Assembly: GCA_951406725.2 (NCBI GenBank)
Contig: OX597814.1
Location: forward strand, 100,378,001 to 100,442,000
DNA: 64,000 nucleotides
Source of the DNA: Octopus vulgaris
Lineage: Eukaryota
Direction: 5' to 3'
The notes beneath the pieces were generated by a model that had not been told where the DNA came from, ran no database searches, and worked only from the letters and a program-made list of their open reading frames with translations. Numbering within the stretch: position 1 is the first letter of the stretch; the number at the start of each line of letters is the position of its first letter. Made by a program: the position numbers and the translations under genes. Positions 14,188-29,697 of this stretch are shown one piece after another.

Positions 14188-14405
14188 AAGCTGGTGAGCT
14201 GGCAGAATCATGAGCACGCCGGGCAATATGCTTGACGGCATTTCGACCATCTTTACGTTCTGAGTCCAAATTTCACCGAGATCGACTTTGCTTTTCATCC
14301 CTCGGGGTCGATAAAATAAGTATACTATTTAATGACTGGGGGCTATGTAATGGACTTAATCTTTCCCCAGAACTTTCTAGTTTCGTGCCAAAATTTGAAA
14401 TCAAT
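14188..14405 (+). mobile_element. SINE family A
   Basis: ggtgagctggcagaatc...ctgagtccaaatttcaccgagatcgactttgcttttcatccctcggggtcgataaaataagta; further decayed copies at ~14570-14700, 15050-15185, 17460-17680, 23370-23800 and 24140-24320. Confidence 0.8.
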
Positions 14406-15889
14406 ATATGTATATCTATAATTCTTTGTTTCTTTTGAATGTGCATTGTATATTAGAATGAGGAATAAAAAGTTAAGATTTTCATGCCATATCTAATAAG
14501 TTAATTAAATGAAGTGTTTATATCTGAAACAAGAATGGGAAATATGTGGTACAGGTCATTTGTAATAGGTACAAAGCTAGCAGTTTTCAGAGAAGGCTTA
14601 ATCGATAACATTTGCCCCAGCGCATGACAAGTATTTTATCGACGCTGAAAAGATGAAAAATAAAGATGTACCTTTTCGGAGTTTGAACGTAAAACGCATA
14701 AATCAGTACTAAAATACCAAAAGAATTTAAAGCATTTTCTGCGAAGCCTAAAGTATTCATTCAAGTAAGAATTTAATGATAAAAATGGACTGTGACTGAA
14801 TGCAGTTCTTGAACTCAGAACTAAGTGCCGGCGATATAAAGATTCTGCCAATGCACCCATTAGGATAATAACCATTTCTAACATACACCCAAAGCTGGGA
14901 AATTGAGGAAAGGAGCGAGTTGAATATATACTGAACTAGAACATTGTTTTATGGATCCTGGGTAGATGAAAAAGCAAGCTGATTAGTTGGAATGTAAACG
15001 CAGTATAAACGCTGTAAGGCTTTTCTCTGCCATCTATGACCTCGATAATGATTTCTGATATAGTTACAAGGCCATCAATTTTGAGGGCAGAGAATAAGTT
15101 GATGCTATCGGCATTAGTACGTGAATATAATTTATTTTATCGCTTGTGGGATGAAAAGCGAGTTTGACTTCGGTGGGATTTGAAAATAATGACCCGAAGG
15201 AAAATTTCCGCAGACCCTTCCTTTTTTTCCCGACGTACAATCACCAACCTTATAATGATTACGAATGTAGAAACACAACTTGAAATTTAGACAAGAATAT
15301 CACAAACATCCCATTGTTAAACTAGGGCATACTAAAATGTCTTGTAAAGCAGAAATGAAATTTCAATCAGCGAAAAGAAATAAAGAAAGAAAAAGAAAAA
15401 CAATTGGATAGATGTAGATTTGAAATTCCTAAGTTCCTTTTCCAATAAATAGCTATCTATGAAACAGTGGTAAGGTACAATTTAGCTTTAAAACAAAAAA
15501 AGGAAAGGAAATGGTTGACATCCGCAGTTAGACATAATGTAATGTTTTTCTTAAACTTTTCCTTTCCAGTTTGATAAATAACATTGTATATTTCCGTTTA
15601 TCTTGCTCCAATTTTTAAAATAAATATTCTCTAATTAAAATAAACAAACTAAAGCAAATTAAACACACACACGCACGGACACAAAAACATATGCATATGT
15701 ATATGCTGTACATACAAATAAGCATACACATGTACACACACATGCACACATATATATGAATTTATGAATGCATATCTATGTATGTATGTATGTATGTATA
15801 TATATATGTATATGTATATATGTATATGTATATGAGCGCATATACACACATGCATACACACACATGGAATTATAATTATAAATATTATC

Positions 15890-15940
<51 letters not shown>

Positions 15941-16542
15941 TTGTAAGTATGCATGTTTGTATACATGCGTATATACAGATGTGTGTATGTTTATATGCCT
16001 ATATACTATACATAAATATTTATAACGTAAAATAATATTTTTTGGTATCGACGAAAGCTAATTCAGTTTCTCAATAAACGAAACCGCAACATCTCTAAAT
16101 TATAGTTTATGTGGTCGAGTATTCCACTGACTTGCGTAAACATTAATATAAACCACCGACAAAATTTTCATGACACACTCAGCATCTGGCAAGGCGGACG
16201 TTTTGAATAACAATTTCAAGTTCATTTGACAGTCATCCACAGTTTCCGTTCACTAAATCTCAGTCGCAACATTCATGCATGTCAACATACATACATACAT
16301 ACGTACATACGTACATACATACATACATACATACATACATACATACATACATACATACATACATACATACATACATACATACATACATACATACGTACAT
16401 ACAAACATACAGACATACAAATATATGTGTATACATACATACATACACATATATCTATATATATATATATCCATCCATCCATCCATACACACACACACAC
16501 ACACACACACACATACGCACGCACACACACACATACATAACT

Positions 16543-16765
16543 TACGAGGCGGCGCTGAAAATTTTGTCTGGAAGGTTATCGCGAAAGGCCTGGCAGAAGG
16601 CCCAAGCTTCCGATTTCTTTCATAGGGCTTAGAAAAACTGAAGGACCGCTGCAAGAAGTGTGTGAATATAAGAAGGGAAAATGTTGAATAAAATCACAAC
16701 TAACTACTGATCATCCCGTATTTTCTTTTACCCAAAGTCAGAAACTTTTTCAGCACCCGCTTGTA
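16543..16765 (+). mobile_element. Non-autonomous mariner deletion derivative
   Basis: TIRs tacgaggcggcgctgaaaa / ttttcagcacccgcttgta; retains transposase C-terminus GLEKLKDRCKKCVNIRRENVE*. A second copy is at ~49760-49902 (-). Confidence 0.8.
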
Positions 16766-17029
16766 GGCCGTCTTCTTCAGCTGATGATCGAGATTGAAAG
16801 TGCTAACAACAACCACTTTTATATTCAGTAAATTCTTCATATAATTTTTCGAGTTAGAACAAAGAAAAGTGAGTGGAGTAATGGTAGTGAGGGAGGAACT
16901 TACTCTTCAATATATTTGAGGAAGAAACTTACTCTTCAATATATATATATATGTGGCGATTAGCTGAATATGGCGACTGTGACTAGAATGAGGGAACCTA
17001 CTCTGAGCATTTGCCAATAGATAATTTCT

Positions 17030-17060
<31 letters not shown>

Positions 17061-18877
17061 TTCGACGCTGATGTATCTCACCGCTCTTTGCATGCCATCT
17101 TCTTTTGAATATTCTCCATTTGGTGCTCTGTTGCATGTATCTATACCACAAAACAACATCAGTTGTATCAAATATCTTTAATTCTTTTCTGCGAATTTTC
17201 ATGCTATTATATTTTTACGCTCAGATAGCCACTGCATCGTAAGTGTGATTGTGCTCGCTTATTTCTTTTACTATAATTTGGCCACTTTTACTCCATTCGC
17301 TCATGAAACTTAATCTTTATATTTTCCATGTATTATCATTATGAATTAAATTTCTCTAACACTTTTGTTACTAAATTTCTGTTGCCATGTTCTAATTACC
17401 CTTCAATGAATTTTCAAAATACTTCAGAATTTTGTAAAGTAACTATCGTTAACCGAAAATAAAGGTGGCATGCAAGCAGAGTCGTAAACGAGTCGGATAT
17501 CATGCTAAGCGACATTTCTTCTGGCTCTTTATATTCTGGCACCAAATTCTGCCGATGTCGACTTTGCCTTTCATCATTTCGAGGTCGATAAAATAAGTAT
17601 CACCTGAGATCTGGTGTTGATGTTAACGAATTACTCCTGGACAGAAAATTACTAGCCAAGTGCTACAAATGGAAATTTATTAACCACGAATTTGGAAGAT
17701 ATATAACTATGGACGTTTGAGGGAAAATCTTCAATTCAGATCCTTTTAATGAACAAAGTTTATATCCTTTTTATGCAAAGTAGAATAGTATGTATGGTAG
17801 GCAAATTCATTACGTAAAAAAATAGGCATTGGGTCAAGACTAAAAATGTGAAGACTTGGCAATAACCTAGGCAATAACTCAAACAAATTTTACTTTGACT
17901 TTGTTGTTATCTATAGATTTTACTGTTATATATAACTATTTTCTCTATTATTCTATTTATTGTACTAACTAATTATGTACTGCTATTATTTTTATAACCT
18001 ATTTTCAAATTCATAATTATTAATTAATAATTTTAAAAAGTGAATTTTATAAAGAGCAAAAAATATTTCAATTTTCAATAGAAGTAACAAGTAATAACAA
18101 ATAGAAGTGATGACTTGTAATAACATTTTTAGTTTCAATAAAAGCTAACATTTTCTAAATCTAAATATTTTATTTGAAATCAGATCTCTAGCTGCAATGT
18201 TTTAAGTAAAAGTTTTCTTGCTCTGTAATTTACCAGATGTGATAAGTTATCCTGAACTTTTCCAAGAGTAATAACTTGTTCTAAACTTTTCCAGGATTAT
18301 AATCTTATGATTTCTCTTGCTCGCATTTTTTTAAGTAATATGAAAATTTGTTCATTGGCCACAGAATTGCGGTCAGTATCGTGTTATTAATGAATTCCTT
18401 CCGGCAATGATTCTCTTAAAATGATAGTTTTGTTAATTACTGTTGTAATTTCATTTCACCCATCTCCATATTAACAAAGTAATAAGATTCTATTCTTCCC
18501 ATTCTGAGTTCAAATATCAAATATCAATATTGCTTTTCGGTATCCTGGATCTATAAAAAAGGTAGAATTCAAGTAGTACTGGCAGTACATTCAAACGTCC
18601 CCTTCTCTCAAATATCAGTGGTTTTGCTTCTGTTAATTATCATAATAAGTAATTATGGTTATATTTTGTATCTCCCTTTATGTGTATCTATTTTACTGTG
18701 AATCTATTCGTGCGTGTCTAACCCTTCATGAATAATTCCTTTGTACAGTATTTTGTATACAAGTTGGTCAGTGGGTGATAAAATCTACTAAACATACAGG
18801 TTACTGCGTATGTATGTGCCAAGACACACACACACACACACACGCACCTATCTACACAATCATACGTATATATGTGA

Positions 18878-18926
<49 letters not shown>

Positions 18927-19408
18927 TGTGTGTGTGTCTGTGTAAGTGTATATGATGTCATTCCCTTTAATAATTTATTTTCGTATACATAAACTACATT
19001 TGCATAGATTTGTATGCGAAAAGGATTTTTTTAAGTACAAGTTACCTACCGCTGAGCACTCACCGTTGCGTGTGCGGCCATTTGTGTGCAACTCTATGCA
19101 TACATAGAATTGTAATACATTCATAAAAAGACGCACGTATAATCACACAAACAAACAGAAATACACACACACACACATGCACAAGCACATAATTGCAATG
19201 CAAGGCGGAGAAAGTAGTACCCGAATATCAAAGGTAATGTACTATTTTGTTGACGACACAAAGAACATCACTAATACTTACCCGGGGTTTCACGTAAGCG
19301 TTTACTAGACAGTTGTCTAAAAAATTGAAAGAATTGTTGTCGTATGAAAGATTACAAGAAACTCTGAGGATAGTTTGTAATACTCTCCTCGGCTTCAATA
19401 TATATATA

Positions 19409-19490
<82 letters not shown>

Positions 19491-19939
19491 TTTTGTAGAG
19501 TACAAATTCATTATTCATAGTTGTTGATAGTGACTTCGAATTTTCGGCCTGGCCGATACATCTGAACAACATCCTTGTATTAACTGTTTTGTTCTCACTG
19601 TTCTGTTCTAGTTACCACTTTCGCCCACCGCAAACGTTCCCAAATTTTATTTAATTTGCTTTGCGGGAAGGATTGTTTCAACGAAGTCGCGTCTTGTGCT
19701 TGCCTTCGAAACGTGGAGTAGTTGATACAGGGACAACTGAAGAAGTGGAATATTTTTTATGTTGTATGTCTCATTTCTCTGTTTGTTTCTTTTTTTCCTT
19801 GCTCGAAAAAAAAGTTCCTTTCTATGTTTTTGTTTTTATGTTTTCGCTTCTCATTGTGTTCAACGTTTTTTTGATGTCCTGTACCCATATATGCTTGTAT
19901 ATATACATATAAATGTAGGTATGTACATATATGTATGTA

Positions 19940-20476
19940 TATATGCATATGTTTTATTTATTATTTTGTTATTATATGATCGAACGCCACGCATCTTTTT
20001 CCAAGTAAGTTTTATCTTAATAATTACGAAGCGCACTGCTCAATCTTTACTATCTCTTCTCTATCTCTCTCTCTCTCCCTCTTGTTCTTCATCCTTTCTG
20101 GTTTTCTCTCCCAACCTTCCCTATTCTTCTCCTCTCCCCTTCACTGTTCCCTCTCTCTCACTCATCCTCCTCGACTCTCTCTCGTCGCTGACACGAAATT
20201 ATATCGTCCCCAGTGCGTAACTGGTACTTATTTAATCGACCCGGAAAGGACGAAAGGCAAAGTCGACCTCGGCGGAATTTGAACTCAGAATGTAACGGCA
20301 GACGAAATACGGCTACGCATTTCGTCCGGCGTGCTAACGTTTCTTATTTCTTTATTGCCCACAAGGGGCTAAACACAGAGGGGACAAACAAGGACAGACA
20401 TATATGCATATATTTATATATCATTTGTATTATTATATGATCGAACGCCACGCATCCTTTTCCAAGTAAGTTTTAT
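19940..20476. repeat. ~70-bp direct duplication (19940-20013 / 20400-20474) enclosing SINE A fragments
   Basis: tattattatatgatcgaacgccacgcatc(t/c)ttttccaagtaagtttt occurs twice; SINE A (-) at ~20195-20400 between. Confidence 0.75.
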
Positions 20477-20557
<81 letters not shown>

Positions 20558-20558
20558 A

Positions 20559-20591
<33 letters not shown>

Positions 20592-20658
20592 GCTATATAT
20601 ATATATGTGTGTGTGTGTATAATTATCAGTACAGATATTATGTGTATATAGATATATA

Positions 20659-20789
<131 letters not shown>

Positions 20790-20800
20790 AATATATATAC

Positions 20801-20847
<47 letters not shown>

Positions 20848-21572
20848 CACACACACACAAATACACTCGTAAACACATACATAAAACACGTGCACACACA
20901 TACATACGCACAAATAGATATAAACTGGGATCTTTCTAAGAATATATCTACGACGCCACTGTGTATAAAAAGTTTATGAATGAATGATGTGACAGAGGGA
21001 GGGAAATACAGATTGTTGCATCAAAAGATTAAACCCACTGGACTATGTAATCGCTGGTGAACATGATGAGCCAAATGTACACCTGGTCCGTGTCTGCTGT
21101 AGTGCGGAATGTTAGACTGATCATAAACTTATTCAGGCTCGAAATTAAGTATTTAACCCCATCTATCTAAAAGAACATTTCGATAATAGGAAGATTCCCC
21201 CCTAAAGGAATCAAATTATGGGTAAGTCGAGTGCAGAGAAATTCAAATTGAAAGCAGTAACTGCGTCTATTTATTTATTTATCTATCTATATATTGCTTT
21301 AATCTATACATCCTTCCACTTTTCATTTGTTTAATGTTTTATCAGTCTAACATGTTCTTATTTCCTGTTCTATTCTGTTCAATTCTGTCATCCTAACATC
21401 GATCGTTTGTAAGAGCGACTGCCTTTATTTGCTGGCTATTTTATTCGTTTGTTGTAGTGTGCTGTTTAATAGGTTACATGTATATGGGGGTTCGTCCGAG
21501 TAAGAACCCAATCTTGTACTGTGAACGTACTCAATGGTGACTGGGGAAATATTAGTGTAGATGTAATATTAC

Positions 21573-21661
<89 letters not shown>

Positions 21662-22444
21662 AATCCATCTATTTATCTATCTATCTATCTATCTATATAT
21701 CTATCTATCTAATTAAATAACTAGTTATACAACTAATTAAATAATTAATGAATTAATTAGCTACAAATACATAAATAAAAAGGGTTCCATATCTAAGCTA
21801 AGTTATCAGCCCAAATTAGTATAAACTCTGCCTAGAATTATTATTTATAGTAATTTTTGTGGGCTGCTGGCTATTCTTTGTGCTTTCTTTTCCTTTTGTT
21901 CCAATATGGGATATATTTCTGCATTTATATATAAAATCTTGTGCCTTTTTTTTTTAATTAAGAGGGGAGACAGTACTAATCGACTTCCACATTTCTCTGA
22001 AACTGCTGGCCTTGTGCCAAAATTTGAAACCAATATCAGGTGACATTCAATACAACGTGGGCTTCTCACCTGTCTTATCGAAGTACCGTAATACACTAAG
22101 ACGAACCTTTTTGCCCTTGACAAGTCGACGCTCTAAGTATTGCTGTATTTTTACCAATTTTTTCCATTCACCAAAATCTGTGGAAGAGTTGCTATGTTTT
22201 TTTAATGCGAAATTCGGAACGACCTAGCAAGTAAACACTAATAAATTCTATTTTTTATAACACGAACCAACGTGGGGTTTCTACGCGATTGCCAAACCCT
22301 CGAGAAATTGCATCTAAATCTTCTCTAAATTTCACGCACAGACATATACATATAAAAAATTATTTATTCAAAGCTGAATCACTGTGGGGCGCAATTCGAA
22401 GTCTCTCGCTACTAGGATTTAGTCATAACTCCCTGTTGCGTCTA

Positions 22445-23033
22445 ACTTACAAATTTTGGGTGAGGGGTCCAGTCGATTAGATCGACCCCAGTACGTAACT
22501 GGTACTTAATTTATCGATCCCGAAAGGATGAAAGGCAAAATCGACCTCGGCGGAATTTGAACTCAGTACGTAGAGGCAGACGAAATACCTATTTCTTTAC
22601 TACCCACAAGGGACTAAACACAGAGGGGACAAACAAGGACAGACAAACGGATTAAGTCGATTATATCGACCCCAGTACATAACTGGTACTTATTTAATCG
22701 ACCCCGAAATGATGAAAGGCAAAGTCGACCTCGGCGGAATTTGAATTCAGAACGTAACGGCAGACGAAATACGGCTACGCATTTCGCTGGGCGTGTTAAC
22801 GTTTCTTCTTTCTTTACTGTCCACAAGGGGCTACACATAAAGGGGACAAACAAGGACGGACAAACGGATTGAGACGATTATATCGACCCCAGTGTGTAAC
22901 TAGTACTTATTTAATCCACCTCGAAAGGATGAAAGACAAATTCGACCTCGGCAGAATTTGAACTCAGAGTGTAACGGAAGACAAAATACGGCTACGCATT
23001 TCGCCCGGCGTGCTAACGATTTTACCAGCTCGT
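22445..23033 (-). mobile_element. Tandem head-to-tail trimer of SINE family A
   Basis: Three successive cores tcgaccccagt...gaaaggatgaaaggcaaagtcgacctcggcggaatttgaactcag at ~22480, ~22665 and ~22885, joined at atttcttt/tctttact tails. Confidence 0.85.
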
Positions 23034-24801
23034 AGGAGAGAAAGGATGAGAAAAGAAGAGAGTAAATGAGGGTTGAAGAGAGAGAATGACTGCCCGTGAA
23101 AAATTAATTGGCGATTTGTCTGGTCCACTTCACAGCAGTTTAGAATACCAGAAATAAATTAACCAGGCTTTAGAGCATTTATGCTGACATAATAAGTGCG
23201 CATTCTAGCTGTAGGTGAAACTACCCTTTAGAATATCAGTGAAAGTCACTTAAGAACTCATTTTGAATTTCTGAAGAATTAAACATTTTGCTTCCCTCAC
23301 TCATGTTCTGGTACCTTTGGCACCACATTTCTTATACCGAATATTGCTGTAGCAACAAGGATTAGTAATTAGAAATTCTGGCCCCAGGCAAATGTTTTTT
23401 TAAGGGGAAGTGGTGAGTCGATTATATCGAACCAACCGATCATCGAAAATATTATCGATACGAAAGGATAAAATGCAAATACACTCGGTATTTGAATTCA
23501 GAACAAAATGAGACGGAAGTGTTTTACAAAATTCGATAAAGCTAAGCATTTTTTCCGACGTGCTAACGATCTGCCTGCCCTCTCACCAATTTTTGTTTCA
23601 AATTTTGGCACAAGGGAGCAACTTTCGAGGGAAGGGTTAAGTGATTGCATTGACCCTACTACTCAACTGGTATTTATCGTCCCTGAAAGAATGAAAGGTA
23701 AAACTGACCGTAGCACTTTTTGTACTCAGAACATTCAGAGCCATAAGAAATGTCATTAAGCATTTTGTCCAACGCTCTGACCACTCCGCGAGCTCATCAC
23801 CCAAGAATCAAGTACTGATTCAAAATGATAGTCTATGTTTTTCTTTCCAAGGTATATAAGTAAAGGATAAAGTTTGTTGGAATGCACACATAAATCAAAT
23901 CAAGAATAGCGAAACATTCCTTTTTTATTCATCTCATGTATACCACATCTGAATTATATAATGTCATCTTTATGACATAAAGTGTTAAGCTACAATGAAA
24001 AATTCTTTGGAAATTTCAGTGACTGTTAGGTACACTAATACCTTAATTATCGTATAGAACCGAAAATGAAGAAGGCTCCCATGAAGCATACAACCAACGA
24101 TTTTCTATGTACAAAATTACTTAATTGATAATATATTGGTTTCGAAATTTGGCAGAAGGTCAGCAATTTAGGGAGCAATTAAGTCGACCCCAGTATTTAA
24201 CAGGAAAGGGATGAAAGGCAAAGTTGACTTTGGCAAAATAAAAACAACAATGAAAAAAGAACGAAATGCTGATTAGCATTTTGCCCAGTGTCCTTACGAT
24301 TCTGCAAGTTCATCACCTGATATTTAGGTATATATTACAATTTGTTTTTAGAATAATTTTTGTGAAGTACAGACTCCAAATCAATCAATCGAATAAACTC
24401 GTAATTTATGCTAGGTGTACATTATTGATTTATAACGTTGGTTACACGGCCACTCGATGAGGCGAACGGGATTTGAGCATAAAACGTGATTCTGTCTATT
24501 CACCGGGGTTTTTAGTAAGAAATGTTAAATTGAACAAGAGTTGTATTTAGACATACACACACACACTTACACACACACACATAAACGCGCGCGCACACAG
24601 AGGAAAAACGAATAAAGAGTCGCACGGGCACTCGCCTCTGATGAGCGTAAATTAATGAAAGTGATTGCGTAAGAACTATTCTTTATTCGTTAACAGATAC
24701 CATACGGTGTACTGACGTTATGCATGGAGCAGTGTGTGTGTATTCATATATATATATATACATATATACATATATGTGTTTATATATACATATATATATA
24801 T

Positions 24802-24890
<89 letters not shown>

Positions 24891-24904
24891 TACATATATA
24901 TATA

Positions 24905-25075
24905 GCCACTACACATTCTTTATTTTCTCTCCTTGTTTCTTTCTGTGTTGCTTTCTGTGGGAGAGCGTAGGCTCGAAACGTTAAATACTTTTTCACTTCA
25001 CGGGCGTTAAACTAATACATCTGTTCGTTTTCCTCACCACCTGTCTTCGTCTTTTGTTTTTGTAAATTCTCCCTG
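24905..25075 (+). mobile_element. Family H short repeat with hammerhead-like motif (24951-24985)
   Basis: cttt-CTGTGGG-a-gagc-gtag-gctc-GAAA-cg-TT-aaa; flanked by (TA)n. Confidence 0.6.
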
Positions 25076-25144
<69 letters not shown>

Positions 25145-26259
25145 ATATAACGAGAGATAGAGGAAGAGAGAGAGAGAGATTACAGTGTTTGCTTAAGTCG
25201 CTGTATGACCTACCTCGTCAAACGATTTCCGTGGAATGGAAGTATTGCGGCAAGTTTCCACTTTAAATATGCAGTAAACATTGACGTCGATTATTATACA
25301 TAGTCGAGAATATGAAACGAAACGGAGATAAATTTCACCAATTCTGTTTAGATGAGATGTTAATCAAATTTAGGGAACTCAAATGTTCTCGTAATTTATT
25401 CCGGTTCAGTAATATTGTATAATATTGTATACTATTTAGTAATATTGTATTATATTGTATGCTTTAAAGCCGCGGACCGTACGGACTTTATACACTGGCT
25501 ACTGCGGAGGGCTAATTGTGCCTGTGGCCCCAAACTAAAGTGATCTAAATCGCATAACTATATGTGTATAATGAATATATGCCCCAGTGGTGTTTGATCA
25601 GAGGTTAAGGACAGATGAGAATTAATTCTGTAATGCAAACGTACTATTATTCCAGTCCCAATTTGAAATGCAACTGTTGACCGAAAGTTCTTATCTCGAC
25701 GTAAAGTTAACGAAGCGAATGTCATTAATCTCCCTCTTGATCTCTGGCATGATATGACAAACGCCAACCAAGAGGGAGTGAAGCATCCAAGCCTTACCTG
25801 CTAGAAATACTAACCCATATGTTTTTAAATCAGATCTCAATGCTGGATATTCAACAACCAAATAAAGGGCAGATTTTCAAAAAGGCATAACATGTCTATG
25901 TAGATCAAACGTAGGCTGAGATGCAGTGTAATCAGACGGCCAGACAAAATTTCGTTTTTATTATTATAGATAAGTTATAGACATATTTGCTTTTATATCA
26001 CACAACGTAGTTCGTCCGCATTTGATGTAAATTTATTCGAACGAGCTCAGTGGTCAGTAATTTACAGTTTCGATAGACTCCAAATGAAAAACATGGAAGA
26101 GAGTTTCCATACTCACCATATATTATACAAGACTTATATTCAGTGTTACTGATTGGCATACATCGATCCATGCATCAGTAATCCCTAGGAAGATCTACTT
26201 GACGGCAGATTTTTCAGAGAAGAGTTTTGTCTAGTTTTTATTTAGATTAGATATTACTA

Positions 26260-26554
26260 CCGTAAATCCTCGAGTATAATCCGCCCTTGAGTATAATACG
26301 CAAGGGATTTTTAGGGGGCTGTACCTCTGAAAGACCTAAACCTTGCGTATAATACGCACCCCTTCTCTAACTTGAATCAAGGAGGTCTATATAACGTCCT
26401 TGGTTTGTAAATGCGTCTGAATAAACATTGCCGGAGACTCGGACATTGCTTAGAAAATAATTTTCATTTTTAACTTTGTATATAGTACGCACTAGGGATT
26501 TTGACCATTAAATTTGGGGGGGGGGGAATGCGGATTATACTCGAGGATTTACGG
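26260..26554. mobile_element. Tc2/pogo-type MITE with perfect 25-bp TIRs and TA TSD
   Basis: TA-CCGTAAATCCTCGAGTATAATCCGC ... GCGGATTATACTCGAGGATTTACGG-TA; internal gtataatacgca sub-terminal repeats. Confidence 0.92.
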
Positions 26555-27738
26555 TATTCATTAACATATAAAACACGTGTAATGGTGATTAAATAATACC
26601 AAAAATATATTCCAATCACCTGTTTTGATTTTCAAATATATTTTCCAGTATTTTTCGACCCTAATGCATAATTCTCATAATATAACATTTACGATTTTGG
26701 AGTACTGGAATAAGCAGATGTTTTACAAGAGGAAACAGTGAGCGTTAGATTGAATACTTCCCAGTATATATTCCGAATCACTGTGCTCTGCATTCAGATC
26801 TCATTAAGGACATCGTTACTCTTATCAGAATCGTTAAAAAAAAGTGGAGGATGGATTGATTGAAGATCAGTTGAGATGACACAAAAGAAGTCGCAACTCA
26901 TTTCTACAGCTGATTGAAATGGAGCAGCGTGAAATAAAGTGTCTTGCTCAAGAACCAGTGGATCGACGCACACATAAAGCTATAAATAATAGCATATGAA
27001 TATTGGGTTGAAACCACTTTTGGATCGAAAAAGTCAATGGATGTCTTAGAATTAAACACTCTAAAAGAATTTCTTCAACCAAATATTTACTGTTATTTAT
27101 AGTAGCTTTGTGATCTACTATTCCAAAAATGAATTATTTCACGTTCTCACGAAGATTTATATGTTCTTTTGACATCCTCAACAACACACATACATACATA
27201 CAAACACAAACACACACGCATGTATATATATATGCATGAATGTATGTATGCATGTATATGTATATGCGTGTGCATATGCGTGTGTGTATATATGTGTGTA
27301 TATATATATATATGTGTGTGTATATATATGTGTGTGTATATATATAGACATATGTATATATACATATATATACACATAAATAAAGATATTATTATGAATA
27401 ATACTAGTTTAACCCCAGGCAGGAAGACCCAGTGTAGAGAACTAAGAGTCATATCTCAGAGTTCGAAATCACGTAAGAGGGTTATATCTGCAAATTCATT
27501 TGCGTTTTACCCCTGCAATGGTAGACTGGGGTTGTACTTGCTCCTCGATTTCGTCAGCTTCTTAACTTTTTAGTCTTGTGGCTTATTTGAATATTTTGCG
27601 ACTCTTAATTCTAGCAACGTGGTACTAACTTGTACCCTAATTTATAAATTTATGTTTGTGCGTGCGTGTATTTACTGATAGATTATATATATACACATAC
27701 ATATATATGTATATATATATAAACATATACATATACAT

Positions 27739-27820
<82 letters not shown>

Positions 27821-27857
27821 GAGTGATGGGACGTGCGGATTTATTTTCTGGCACACA

Positions 27858-27894
<37 letters not shown>

Positions 27895-29499
27895 TTTTTT
27901 TTTCTTTTGCAAAATATTCTGAAATAAAACTAAGGCTAAGTGACACTATTTTTCGCAGGTCAAACTTATTAATTGCATTAGGAAAACAAAGTAAACCAAT
28001 TATAATTAATGAAGGACTGTATTAATGATGTATATAAACAATCGATAAGTATAGAATGCGAGGAAAAAATGAAAGGCGGAAAAAAAATTATCACGTAGGT
28101 ATTATCTGCAGGTGTTCTATTCTCTTCAATGATGCTTATCAGTAATTGTATATACATCGTCATATTAAACAAATTGTATTATCTCGTCTATGCGTGGAGT
28201 CTTTTGATTCTAAACACCTCAACACTAGCACACATATCTACAATAGCACACACTCGTATATGGATACATATAGTGATAGACAGATCGAATGCCAGACAGA
28301 GAGTTAGCCACATAGCGGTAAAGTTATATATACACATCAAAGTTAAAGTTCATAGATATATGCAGATATATGTGCATATCTTTCACATATGCATATATAT
28401 ATACATATGACCAAATATACGCATTGAAACCTCTATAGACTTCAAGTATATTCATATACATTTATACATACTTTCATGCATATAGACATTCATATAGAAA
28501 TAGATATATACAAAATCTGTCACTTCAAAGTGAAACTACAAATAGGGAGGTCCGCCCACTTGAAGTCATGTTACAATCTATAACCGCAAGCTTTCCCTCT
28601 TTCAAACGACTTAAAGGTCTAAGGACTGTAAAAGAATCATTGACCATAAAAATGTATAATTTACCAGGTGATATGAGCAGTACTTTTGCTTCATTAACTT
28701 CATTTTAGTATTCAGAAGACGATAGACCTATCAAATATACTGATGCACATAATTATATTGAGGTCCTTTATTGTAGAAGTCAAGCTCTCCACTAAGCTTC
28801 TTTTGCGGCCGGATTTCAATTCTTGATTGAAGTCATTTTGATTCACTTATGTCACTATCTTCGAGGTGGGAATATATTACATATGCTAAGTTCTAGCCCC
28901 TCCCCGTCATATCTACAGGATTCAGTTTGGTTTACAGAATAACTTAAGCGTTCACTGAAGGTTTGTAACCAGCTGACGCATTGTATACGTTTTGACAACG
29001 ACGACGACGACGACGACAATGATGATAATAATGATGAAGAAGCGGAAGTATAGGTTGATGATGATGATGATATGGAGGAGGGGGGGAGAGGAGGGGATGA
29101 TAATGAAGTCGATTAATTAAAATTTACGTAATACAAAAGAGATATACTTCTAATAGTGGATACAATAGACAATAAATGGAATGGGTTGGTATTAGTGTCC
29201 CGAGACCTTGCTCACCTCGATAACTTAAACTCATTATCGGAAGCTTGTTGATCAACTAATTAATTAATTATGGAGATTAATGGCAGTTGATTTAGGTGCC
29301 TTATGTGATCCTCGATTACAAGTGAGATCTGAGTCAAACTCGACATATGAACTCATTATGTATTTTGTCATTATCAGGCCATCTTCAATCGATTTTCAAC
29401 TGTGATTCCCAGTTCGATTTTACTGTGCCTTGGGAAAAAGCCTGCTACCATAGCTCTGGGCCAAACAATAACTTGTAGGTGAATTTGATACACAGAATT

Positions 29500-29628
29500 T
29501 GTTTCTGTCAAAGTGCGTAGGCTCGAAACATAAAATACTTTCATGCTATTCCCGAGCGTTACATTAATACACCGTGTTGTTCTTCCTACACTCATCTTCG
29601 TCTTTGTTTTTTCTATAAATTTGAACTG
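29500..29628 (+). mobile_element. Family H short repeat, decayed hammerhead-like motif
   Basis: ttt-CTGTCAA-a-gtgc-gtag-gctc-GAAA-ca-TA-aaa followed by the family H body. Confidence 0.55.

Positions 29629-29697
<69 letters not shown>

Noticed and set aside
22445-23033. CRISPR-like regularly spaced repeats
   Set aside because: Units are ~200-bp SINE copies with no unique spacers; there are no cas genes and the context is eukaryotic.
24630-24680. Hammerhead at ctCTGATGAgcgtaa...ttgcgt
   Set aside because: No GAAA after stem II and no stem I partner.
27420-27640. Possible inverted repeat / ribozyme remnant (gaact...agttc-GAAA)
   Set aside because: Core unreadable and arm similarity too weak to support.
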